A stretch of DNA of 64,000 nt, from NCBI GenBank assembly GCA_964035545.1, contig OZ037772.1, positions 9,851,150-9,915,149 on the forward strand, in the 5' to 3' direction. A program made the translations under genes and the position numbers. This DNA comes from Bugula neritina (Eukaryota; Animalia; Bryozoa). Below the pieces are notes generated by a model that ran no database searches, was not told the origin of the DNA, and saw only the letters and a list, made by a program, of their open reading frames with translations. Below, piece after piece: positions 43,587 to 60,754 of the stretch (positions are counted from its first letter, which is position 1; the number at the start of each line of letters is the position of its first letter).

Positions 43587-44423
43587 TGACATTCAAAATG
43601 CTTGAATATAAAGCACTATATAAAAATAGATTCAAATGTTCCGCAAACCAACTTTTTTTGCACCTTGAGAGTTGGTCTTAAATTCTTATCAAACTCTGTT
43701 ATGTTGAAGACACCATTTTGTTTCATACAAATTTCTTGATCAAATAAATATACAAGTTCTCCCAACAACAACAAGATTCTGACCTGTCAATTATTGTAAC
43801 TTAAGATTCTGTAACTCTAACAAGTTGAAATAATTGGATAATGCATAAAAAGAATATATTATATATAAGTGCATTCCCACCACCCACGCATGACCACTGC
43901 AGTGAAAATTAGACATAGACGTCATGTATAATTTTATTCTGCAGCAGTAGGTGATAAATAAAATAATCGCAACAACTATCTGTTAAAAGATACAAATTTG
44001 CACTAACTGCAATACTGGTATTAATATTAGGCTACAACTTTTTATTTTGAAAATAAAAATTAAATATTTGCGTCTTGCATGTCAGAGGTCACATAGGTAA
44101 TGACAGGCAAAGCTGCTGGTAGGAATTATTTTATGCTGCTGAAGAAATGAATAAAACATGATGTTTGCATTACAATAAAATAAATTGAAGCTTCAAAATG
44201 CTCTAAGACTTTTAGATTTATAAAATCAGTATTGGAATGCCATTTATTCAAATTGTGTAATTTATGATAACAAAACTAATGAATTCATGACTTTTGAGTT
44301 GAAAATTAGCAAATTTATATGGCTTCACTAAATGTGCCACATCATTGAAGTCATTATAATTTGGGAAATATTTGATAACTTCAATTTTGATAATTGCGTT
44401 TTCAAGTGCTATCTTCAGGAAAG

Positions 44424-49226
<4,803 letters not shown>

Positions 49227-49632
49227 AATGTTCCAGAAATCTGGCCAGAATGAAAGTACTTACAATATTACATAAGTTGAATCGGTTTTTCTACGAGATC
49301 TAAAGTTTTACGATGAATCATCAACAAAAAATTGTTATCTGTAATGAAAAGTATATTTAAAAAACTGTTAAAATATACTTGCATTTATTATAATGATCAG
49401 TTTAAAAAATGTTGCCGTTATTTTAGCCCACTATAAATTAAATATTTATAAGTTGGCATTTAAAAAGCCAAAAATAAAACTTTAATTAAAATTTCATATA
49501 TTGATAAAAGTTTTTTATTTGAAGAACAAGCCAATATAGCTATAGCTTAAAACCAAATTTAAAAAGCTAAAATAACAAAAGTCAAGAAGTAAGATTGCAA
49601 TAACTTATAATATTATAAAAGTTTTATAAGTA

Positions 49633-49720
49633 CAGGGGTGGGCAACTTCCTTTACATGAGTGCCAAGTCAGAAGTCAGCCAAAACAAAGGGCCACTTGAT
49701 TGTACACATTTTAATAATTA
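49633..49720. mobile_element. Truncated hAT-type MITE (left end only)
   Basis: CAGGGGTGGGCAAC terminus; duplicate of the 55204 element with its right part deleted. Confidence 0.7.
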
Positions 49721-50714
49721 TTATAGTGTTTTTTAATTTTGAAAGCAGTGTTCTATAATTCTTTTGCATAAATGAAAATTTTTATTTTTACTCAAGCATA
49801 AAAGATATTAACAATAACGTATCAATTTGAGAAGCCATTTCACCTGTAAAATCACACATTTTGCAAACTATATAATTCATTTTCAAATTTTGAATGAGCT
49901 TAAAATGCACCCCCAAATTAATGTCAGAAATTTTCTATAAGCACTTCTATTCTTAGAAAGGTGAGTGATTATTACTAATTTAATACTTTGAGGTTTGTCA
50001 TATAAAAAAGTGAAACTTTTAGGACAGTTAAATGTATACATATATCAAAAAACAAAATATATAAATATAGTGCAATATATTTTATTTGTTAAGTTTCGCA
50101 GGAGTAGAATTGTTAACATTACACACATTAAACTCTATTCTGTTGCCTTTTACCGATTAGTAATTTGTTTACTGGTGAGTTTATTTACACAATAACACTA
50201 TTAGCATTACTAACATTGTAACTTCTTGATGTAATCGCAGTTAAAATTATAGTGCTATGAAAAAGTTGCTAATCCTTCTTTACTAATTGAAACATATCAA
50301 ATTGACGTAGAACAAAACATCTTAAAATTTTTTCCTTGAATCAAACATTTTTTTTATTATTTTGTACTTTAAATACAAAATTTAATCACATCATAAAATG
50401 ATAGTCAAATCAAATTCAAAAGTACTATCTAATTACTTAATTTTTACAAGTTACATCTGTTTAAAACATTCAAAATTCATATTCAAAAAGTATAAATGCA
50501 CCTTTTAATTTATTTATAGCAAATAGGTTTAAGTGCAGCCTTTTGAAATCACATTTGATGTAAAGTATATTTTTAATTTACTATTTTTTCTGTTGAAATG
50601 TAGAATCGAGGAAGCAGGCTTTCAATTATGTAACATCCCAGAGTTGAAAAAACTTGCGAGCGCAATATGCATGACCCAAAAGTTGAAGCAAGCAGCCAGC
50701 AAACTTGAGCGATC

Positions 50715-51073
50715 ACACTCACACACACACTCACACACTCGCACACTCGCACACTCACACACACACACACTCACACACTCACACACACACACACACACAC
50801 ACACCCTCACACGCACACACACACACACTCACACAGTCACACACTCGCACACTCGCACACACACACACACACATACACTCACACACTCGCACACTCGCAC
50901 ACTCAAACACACACACACACACACTCACACACTCACACACACACACTCACACACTCGCACACTCGCACACTCGCACACTCGCACACTCGCACACTCGCAC
51001 ACTCGCACACTCGCACACTCGCACACTCGCACACTCGCACACACGCACACACTCACACACACACACACACACT

Positions 51074-51172
<99 letters not shown>

Positions 51173-51235
51173 AGAAAGAGAGAGAGGAGGGAAGGGAGAT
51201 AGAGAGAGAGGGACAAAGTGAGAGAAAGAGAGAAG

Positions 51236-51297
<62 letters not shown>
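50715..51297. repeat. Compound (CA)n/(CACACTCG)n-(GA)n microsatellite at the duplication junction
   Basis: Directly visible. Confidence 0.95.
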
Positions 51298-51298
<1 letters not shown>

Positions 51299-51589
51299 TG
51301 GAAAAGTAATATTTATGTTGACACTTGTATTTTTAATTGTTTGTAGAGAATGGTTTTTTTAGACATGCATGGAAGAAATAAGAAAAATTTGTGGTGTGAA
51401 AAAATTTGCGAGATGTGGTTTCCCTTCCCTCTGAGAAGGAAATGAAGCAGCTGGTAGATAGACTACTGGTTGAAGGGAACATTACTTGGACTAAAATCAT
51501 CATGGTAACAATTTAAATTAATCACTTCCTATGCTAAAGATATAGACAAACAATTTTTATCACCGAAATTATTAAAAAAAACTTACACA

Positions 51590-51798
51590 AGTTTATAGTC
51601 ACCATCTCTTTGAGGAAACCCCTGATAGAAAGGTTTTTATTAAATTGGGCTAACGATTTATTCATACCTATGTGGAACAGGAGAAATTATGACTGGATGT
51701 TTTTCCTAATATTACCAGCAACCGTTTGTTTCTGGTGTCAAACCCATAACTTTGTGCTTACTAGGCAAACGCTCCAACCGGTAGACCACAGATGTTCC
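51590..51798 (-). mobile_element. tRNA-derived SINE family A copy (duplicated with the segment)
   Basis: Same intronic position and orientation as 45839-46040. Confidence 0.8.
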
Positions 51799-53467
51799 TT
51801 ATTCACCAGAATTTGTTTTTCAGTATGGCAGCTGGACCTAGTAGCAGCTCTTAGGAAGCAGTACAACATTTATTGCATTAACTTATATATATATTTTTTT
51901 AGAAATACATGTACATAAATGATCAGTTTTTTATTCCATATATTGTGTTCAAACCAACACGAACACATAACAATTATGGACAGTTATAAATCTATACCTT
52001 TTTGGTTTTACCTAAAAATCCAAATTCAATAGTAAAGAAAGCAGTAAGCTACATACTAACTTTAAGATGCTAGGCTAATTAAAGCTTTTTGGACAATAGC
52101 AAGCAAGCTGTTGAAACTTTATTGTAGATTTTTGTCTTCATCACTATCTTCATAACCTTGATCTGGACAACCTTAAAGTTGTTGGTGAAATATTTTGTAC
52201 GTAGCTATCATGCTTTAGCTAAATAATAATGGTTATACATTTTTATTCCTACTGGGATTTAAACCCTACGTCTCCAGCTTACTAACCATTACACTGCAGA
52301 GACCACTGGGTAATTGCAACAGAACTTCACTCTACTTCGCCTTTAATCCTCAGGCTCTTCTGGTATCTCAGCTCTCTTGGAGTACTACTAAACTGTCCTG
52401 GGAATTTGAACCCGATATCTCCAGCTTGCCAGCAAATACAGGACCACTACACTACGCTACAATTTTTTGATTTTTAACGCAAAGTTTTTAATTGAATCAA
52501 CTCATGTTTTAGGTACTGGCTATCTTTTTGGAAATGGCAGAGACCGATTACCGCCATGGCGATATGGACCGAATTAAGGCACTCATTAGAACGGCTGAGC
52601 AGAGGTGCAAGATAGGCGACATAACAGTCTGGGTCGCAGGCAACGGTGGTTGGGTGAGTGTGTTTTTTCAGTCTGGCAATTACCAGTAAGGAAATTCTTA
52701 ATCTGTGCTTGAAAGAGAGTACAACTCCACAAACAATCTAAATAAAGCTTGCTAGCTGGTGAAATGGTTAGACAGGGACAAGTTATTTTAATTTAGGATT
52801 GTTTTTATTTAAATTCTATGTAGTATGTAGTTGATAAGAAACTGTACCTATAATAAATCGGTAAATACTAGCTGTTGAATATTAACAATAAAACAGTTGA
52901 TAGTTAATTTATTGCGTCCTACAGTATATGCTACATTAAAAAGACTTCCATTGTATTTTGTTTAATGTAGCATATATACTGTAGGATGTTTTAGACTTGT
53001 AACATCTGAATTAATTTGAATTATAATATAACAGCAAAATAAGCTATTTATATGATAGGAATTGGATAATGATGAATTTATTTGCCAATTGACTTAATTC
53101 TTATAAGATTTTAATTCTTTTTGGTTACATTGAATGACTTTCTAGTGTGGAATGAATAATTATCCATTACTGAATTTTTCATTTATAAAACTGATTACAA
53201 TATTTAGTTTTACTGAATACATAATTATATTACAGTACTGCATAAAAAGTTACAAACTTAAACTTTTAAATTTAAATAGAGCAATGGGTTAGCATTGCAT
53301 ACATAAACTCTATATTAAACATTTGCTCTTTTTTTATAGCACATTTTACTTCTGATCAGCAACCAATGATATTCCTACAATATGATAAATAAAGTCTTAT
53401 AAAACGTTCAAAAAAATGTACTTTAATATAATTGGTATGCTAGCCAAATTTCTGTTGCACCTTGTAG

Positions 53468-54517
53468 ATTGCAATACAAGATCGCCTGCCTGCAGAGACC
53501 ATGGGCCACCCTAAAATGGCATCTTCTCCTCTAGGAATTGATGAACTTGGTAGTGTTCCAACCAATGAACCATTTATAGATGCAGAAGAAGAGATTCTAG
53601 TGCAACTGGCAGCCGCCGAAACCGGCAGATTACGGCGCTACATTGATAAGGAGGTGCGGAGACTGGCAAAGAGACAAGACCGTTTTGGTGCAGAGTGCAG
53701 AAGAAGGGAACAAGAGGAGATTGCAGCACGTATGGCCGAAGCGGAAGCTCCAGCAGCTACACAGGGTGAAGAAGAGGTTGCTGAGGAAGAACTTACGGAT
53801 GCTGCGGATCAACAAGAAGAAATTCCCAGTCAGCCTATCCCTCATACCACTCCAAGAAGCAGCACACGACAGAGCACCAACCCTCGATCATTTAATACTG
53901 GGGACGCTGCACAAGCCTTCCTCAATCTTGCAGGAGCACCTCCACAACCAGCCACAAATCCAAGCCAAGATGTCAGAAGAGCCACATCATTAAAAAGCTC
54001 AGCCGAGGAGTTTGAGCCAACTGGCCAAAGGGTAAGCGTTCAGCCGAGTTCAGATGAAAGCTTTTTGATAAAGCAATCAAAATTGCCTCCTATGTCGCCA
54101 CTCGGCCAGCGTAGAAAGCAGTATCAACAAGAGATTGAGAAAACATGTAGGAAGAAACACATGAATGAGAACCGCCAAATTTTAGACTATCTTCCTTCAC
54201 ATGCTTCTGGGGTTACTGGAGACTTAGAAGAGTTTCCGGAACCGCCACCACCACGAGGTAGAATCTCAACAGCCAGAGTTCCGAGTCAGGCTCCATCCGC
54301 ACTGCGACCAGCTCCATTCAAACTGCGCCCGGCTCTATTTGCACTACGCCTGGCCCCGTCTACACTACGCCCGGCTCCATCCACACTGCGTCTAGCCCCA
54401 GCTCGATCATCCACGTCTCAAGCACAACGCACCGCTCCTCAACCAGCCAAAGATCCATGTGAAAGAATCTGCTTTGATATTCGTCTAGATGATGAAGATA
54501 GTGACATCGCTGATTAG
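53468..54517 (+). CDS. Intact terminal-exon ORF of the chimeric copy (338 aa from ATG 53501), paralogue of the gene 6 tail
   Basis: Open frame, highly similar to 47955-49226; ATG in ACCATGG context; expression unknown. Confidence 0.4.
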   Translation: MAIQDRLPAETMGHPKMASSPLGIDELGSVPTNEPFIDAEEEILVQLAAAETGRLRRYIDKEVRRLAKRQDRFGAECRRREQEEIAARMAEAEAPAATQGEEEVAEEELTDAADQQEEIPSQPIPHTTPRSSTRQSTNPRSFNTGDAAQAFLNLAGAPPQPATNPSQDVRRATSLKSSAEEFEPTGQRVSVQPSSDESFLIKQSKLPPMSPLGQRRKQYQQEIEKTCRKKHMNENRQILDYLPSHASGVTGDLEEFPEPPPPRGRISTARVPSQAPSALRPAPFKLRPALFALRLAPSTLRPAPSTLRLAPARSSTSQAQRTAPQPAKDPCERICFDIRLDDEDSDIAD

Positions 54518-55203
54518 AATGGTCTAGTTATTTGGCAAGAATGAAAATCATAACAATAGTACATAGATTGAATCTTTTTGTATGAGCTTAAGACTCTTAT
54601 GATTAATTATAACTAACAAATTGTCATTCGTAATGAAATGTATACTTTAAACACTGTTAAAATATACATATATGCACCTATTATAGTTATCAGTTAGAAA
54701 AATGTTGCTGTTATTAATACACTGTAAATTAAATATTTATAAGTTGGTATTTAAAAAAATGTATGATTCTAATAAACTCATAAATTTGTAGAATGCTATT
54801 GTCTAAGCCAACAATAAAACGTCAATTAAAATTTCATTTTTGTATATTAGGCCACAGAGTCGAAGATAAGATCTTATAATTAAAAGTATGTAACTTGTAA
54901 GTTATAATGACTGCTTACAACAGACTTAAAATTATCATGATTTTAAATAGTTAGCATAGTTCACAATTTATGATTACAATCGAAGTTATATTAATATATA
55001 TGTAATTTGCAATTACTATATTCAGTATAGTAAAAATGAAGGTGCTGAGGAATGTGTTATAACATCTGTAATTTCTTAGATAATTTTTTTATTAGAAGAA
55101 CAAACCAATATAGTTGAAGCTTGAAACCAAATTTGAAAAGCTAAAATAACAAAAGCCAAGAAGTAAGATTGCAATAACTTCTATTATAGAGGTTTTATAA
55201 CTC

Positions 55204-55442
55204 CAGGGGTGGGCGACTTCCTTTGCATGAGTGCCAAGTTTAGAAGTCAGCCAAAACAAAGGGTCGCATGATTGTACACATTTTAATAACTTTTATGATG
55301 AAGTAATTTTTCACCATTCAAACCTATACCGTGCTAATTAGACTGCATCTAAGAGCTTTTACTTATCTTAAGTATTAAAATAACCACTGAAAAGTTAGCA
55401 AAGGGCCACAGGTGACTCTGGGCACCCAGTTGCCCACCCCTG
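55204..55442. mobile_element. hAT-type MITE (~240 bp)
   Basis: TIRs CAGGGGTGGGCGAC / GTTGCCCACCCCTG; degenerate 8-bp TSD TATAACTC/TAAAAGTC; homologous to 12736-12979. Confidence 0.8.
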
Positions 55443-56044
55443 TAAAAGTCTGACCAAAATGAGAAACATGCAGTTAGAGGCTTTAAGCTCTCAGCTGTTG
55501 AAATTCAGTCTTTGCAATTTTTCCTTATTTAGGTTTATCAATGTTTTTTTAATTGCTGAAAAAGTTAATTTTTATTTATTTAGTAACAATATTGTCAATT
55601 TTTTAATAGTAACTATGCCTATCCTCACTCGTCTGTTTATATAACTGCTACTTCTGCAAATAATATCATGGAAAACTACATTAAACAGTTACTAAAGTGT
55701 GAATAGAAGTATATATGTATATTGCTTTGCCCGATAGTAAAGCACTTAATTTCATTTTTAAATTAACACTTATTGTTTTTTATTATCTTATTTTCAATAA
55801 CATTGTTTCATTTATTGATTAATTTGTATTCTATGGAATTACTAAAAATCATAGTGTTAGTTTGTTTAATTTTGAAAGCGCTGTTCTAATAATTTTTTTG
55901 TAAAATTAAATATTTTTATTTTTACCTATTGTTTAAAAGCAGAAAAATATTAAAAAAATTGTCAATTTGAGAAGCCATTTCACCTGTGAAATCATACATT
56001 TTGCAAAGTATTTAATTTATATTCAAATTTTGAATGACTTTAAA

Positions 56045-59014
56045 ATGGACACCCAAATAAATGTTAGAAATGTTCTAGCACTTCTATTTTTAGAACGGTG
56101 AGTGATTTTTAATATTTTAATGGTTTAATGTTTGTCATGTAAAGAAGTGAAGTTTTTGCAACAGTCAAATGTATGCATGTACGTATCAAAAGGCAAAGTA
56201 TATAAATTGTGCAATATTTTTAGGTTTAGTATTATAGGGGTAGAATTATTAACATTACACACATTAAACTCTATTCTCTTAAGCCTTTTACTTATCATTA
56301 ATTTGTTTGCTGATGAGTTTATTTACACAATAACATTGTTATCCTTACTAATAATGTAACTTGTTGATGTAAATGCATGTAAAATTATAAAAAATTATAA
56401 CCAGGCTGCTAAATTTTTATAGTAATTAAAACATTAAAATCACATAGAACAAAACTGCTTGAAATTTGTTCCTTTTATAAAAAAGTTACTTTTATTTGCA
56501 CTTTAAATATAATTAACTACATTATAAACTTTTAGCCAAATAAAATTCAAAATTGCTATTTAATTAATTGAATCTCAAAAGTTACATCTGTTTAAAACAT
56601 TCAAAATTGACATTCAAAAAGTATAAATGCACCTTTTTAATTTATTTTCAACAAATAGTTCTAAGTACAGCCTTTTGTAATGACAGTTAATGTAAACTCT
56701 AGTTACAATTTTTTCTGTTGAAATGTAGAATTGAGGAAGCAGGCTTTCAATTATGCAACATCCCAGAGTTGAAAAAACTCGAGAGCGCAATATGCATGAC
56801 ACAAAAGTTGAAGCAAGCAGCCAGTAAACTTGCAAATTTTCGTGAGTACATTTACTGCGTGTGCACACAGAATACAACTTGTATTTGAATGCATTTTATT
56901 ATTTATCTATGTTGTAAAACACATAAACCCCTAGTTAAATTTAAACCTATTTTAATATAAAATTTATTTTAAATACAGCTGCATTTTCATTGTACAGTAC
57001 TTCTGATACACACCAATTTCAGGCTCAATATTATAAATTAGGGCATGATTTGTTTATTGCTCATATAAACTGTAAGCCAGTGATTATGTGCATATCTACT
57101 ACTGAAACTTTATTTCTCATTAAACTTGCATTTTTTGGTTATTTATGAGTATTTCTAATCCTCTAAATTACATATTTAAGTAACTAAACTCTTCTTACCT
57201 CAATCTATATATGTAGCAATACATTGCAGTATTTATATAATAATAAAAATGACATTAGTATTGATGGACTTTTCATTCGTGTTTCTGAAAATCAGAGACC
57301 TATGAAATTTTATGTTGAGTACTCCTAGACGTTATTGCAATTAGTAAAACTTGTACAACTTGTAATATATAATGCCAGGTCAGAAGATAGTATCAGTAGA
57401 AGAGACTCGAAAAGGTTTCAGTGATGCCATGACAGTAACATCTGTTTCGAACTGCTCAGATGAGGCAGAAAGCAGCTACTATGAAACTATGAACAAAGCT
57501 TTCAGTGATTTGGGCAAAATTAAATGGACTTATATATATGCTGTATGTATATTATTATATGTTATATTATATTATATTATATTATATTATATTATATTAT
57601 ATTATATTATATTATATTATATTATATTATATTATATTATATTATCTTATATTATATTATATTATATTATATTATATTATATTATATTATATTATACTAT
57701 ATTATATTATATTATATTATACTATATTATACTATATTATACTATATTATTATATTAGTATGTAAATATAATCATTGATTTAGTTTTTCTAACTATATCA
57801 AATTATATGAATTTGTGTTTGAAACCATTTTTTAGTAGTTTACAAAACAAAAAACAATATAACTAGCTGTTTTATTCCTTAAAAAAGATTGCTCATGTCT
57901 TGCAAGTAAAAACTTGAAATTTATTGAAATGACTTGTATTTATTAAAGCAAATTTTTTTAATCATTTGACACCACCTTGAGATCTCCTGAAACAATGGTG
58001 GTTAAAATTTATCATATTGCACTTGGTTTGTTTTTTTAACATTTAAGTTTAATCTTTTAAACTTTATTTAAATAAAAAATGGTTACTGTTTAACATGCAA
58101 TTATAAGAAACCTAGGCTATGTTTTCTTGACTCAACTGAACAAAATATTCTGTAGGCCATTATAATGACATCAGAATTTGCAGTCAAAGCAATGAGGTTG
58201 GGTGAAGTTACTCGAGCTCTAGAGCTTATTAGCTGGGCTACAAACTTCTTCAACACAGACAACATGCAATGCTACTATAGAAGTCAAGGCGGCTGGGTAA
58301 ATCTCATAATAATTGGCAGAATATAGACGTAGTTAAATCTCTGATATATTTGAAAATAAATCGTCTGACGTTGTCTCAGTAAAAGATATGATTGCAAGGA
58401 ATGGGTTTTCCAATAGCTAATTTAAAATTATTGCCAAAGCGCAAAAGTATAGTTTGCTCATAAACTATTATCATATATAATAATATTATTGTATATCAAA
58501 GTTATTTAATGTTTTTAATACATTTAGAAGAAATGAATTTGGTATTGTTCATAACCAAAGAAATGTTCAAAAAATTCATTGCTGTTTAATACAATAACAC
58601 AATCTTAAATTATTCAAGCTGTACACCATAGTGTTTTGTTCTATATGTTTGTAAATATTATCTTAAAAATGCAGATATTAAAATAAAAGTTAAAATTATT
58701 TACAAATGTACAGTAGTTGTTTTATCATGTTTATTCTTATGCTCAGATAGTTTGCTAAGATTGACTGTAAAAAAAATTCACTATGGCTAATACATGTTTA
58801 TAAATCAAAGTCATGTGGATTTGGGTGTAGCTTTGATTATATTTTTGTGTTTTTCTAGGAAAACTCTCCTGACGTCACAATAGAGGCTGATGCCCGATCA
58901 GTAGTTATGGCCCCTTGTATGCCAACAGAGGGCAGTGCGGAGGACGTCTGCATTGCTGCCCTTAAAATTGTATGCCGGTTGGCAGCTGTCATCAACTCTT
59001 CCAGCAAGTGTTAG
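56045..59014 (+). CDS. Divergent Bcl-2-family protein 8 (~208 aa; short 51-aa tail with a weakly hydrophobic helix)
   Basis: Exons 56045-56097, 56729-56841, 57379-57542, 58156-58296, 58859-59014. BH4-like NVRNVLALLFLERIEEAG, BH1-like KAFSDLGKIKWTYIYA, BH2 CYYRSQGGW|; tail VCIAALKIVCRLAAVI. Confidence 0.82.
57548..57758. repeat. (TATTA)n pentanucleotide microsatellite
   Basis: Directly visible right after the exon 3 donor of gene 8. Confidence 0.93.
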
Positions 59015-60203
59015 GAAAGAATTTAACTTAAAAATTGAAACTGGTTACCAAAAAGACAGCTTGTTTTTGAATGACTCTAAAAAACTTTTGAAAGCTTAAA
59101 ACCAAATTTTAAAGAAATCCAACGAGAACATAACTGTTGACATAACTGATAGTTTAATTGAAAATGCATTTATATGAAAGATTTTTTAAAAAATAAATCA
59201 TAATAAAGAGGCCAACAAAATTTATTTTATTTAAAATCAAATATTTCTAAACCAGCATTGACACTTGAGATTGTGAAATAATTTACCAAAATATATGATA
59301 AAAGTCATATTACAATTGCTTTTATTATTAATTCAATTCAGTAAATACAAAATATATAACATGTATAAAAACTTTCCTAAAATACTTGGTTTAGTGGTCA
59401 GTGCTATAATATATTATTATATCAAGTATGACAACGTACTTATGCATGATTTGATATTAGGTCATTTTCCTTAGTTTAGTACACAATGGAAATATCCAGT
59501 TTTTAGCTATTTTTTACAATCTAGCTGCTAATGAACATGGGTTTTTGCCTAAACAAGTAAATATATTCTATAAATACACCTAAATAATCAAAGTTATTCC
59601 TAATTTTGCTTGATTTCCTATGTTTGTTTCCTATTCATGTAGCTTATTTAGATTGTTGACCGTTACAAAAAACCATATAAACGGTCCGCAATCAAATGAC
59701 TCTATTACCATAATGATTCCATCATACTATATAATCATGCTACAAAATAGTTGAAAGCTTTACCTAATTTAAACAGAGTAAACATTTGTTGAAAGCTTCT
59801 AGCTAAAAAAAATTAAATATGATTAGGCAAGTTTCTTTTTTGCATACACTCAATTTTGCTCATCTGATTTTGCACATGATTTTTTGTTATATTTTCATTT
59901 TCAAATAAAAAGAGGAACGTATTAACCACTGGTACAACCTAATATTACAATAGAAAAAAAGCCAGTAGTTTTCAAAGCTTTTAGTTTATGCAAATAATAT
60001 AGCTTTTTAGGCTATTCAAATGCTAGTCAATGCTATTGATAGCTATTCCTTTGCTATAACAGGAGCTTCATAAGCTGTAAACACTTGAAAAATAGGTATG
60101 TATAATCTAAATTGGTACCTATAAACTTTTATTCAACGTCACCCATCTTTGAGCTTTGAGATTAAATTGCTAAAATTACAGGTAGACCAATAAAAGCATT
60201 TAA

Positions 60204-60498
<295 letters not shown>

Positions 60499-60754
60499 CT
60501 GTGTATATTTTTGTGTATGTAATAATGGCGTATGTAATGGCATATACTATAACATAGCATTTTTGTAAAATGTGTATTTGTACATATTTTCTGTTTGTAT
60601 ATTTTTCTAATAGATATAATGTTGTGTGAAAGTGTATGTGTAAAAATTGTCAATTACAATTAATGTTATTTAATAATTTATTTTGCATTTATTTAAAACA
60701 TTTTTAGAAGAATTTAAAGAATTTTGATCATTAGTGTTTAACTCGGAAAACAAA

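Larger units (their letters stand above)
49905..54517 (+). pseudogene. Chimeric Bcl-2-like pseudogene 7 (gene-8-type exons 1-2 + gene-6-type exons 3-5)
   Basis: Exon 1 (49905-49960) has an in-frame TAA insertion; exon 2 (50604-~50707) loses its donor into a CA tract; exon 3 (51347-51504) has a -1 frameshift and stops; exon 4 (52513-52653) and exon 5 (53468-54517) remain open. Confidence 0.85.

Noticed and set aside
50533-51309. 258-aa His/Thr-rich ORF
   Set aside because: Only 50604-50707 is a real exon remnant; the rest is CA/GA microsatellite read-through.
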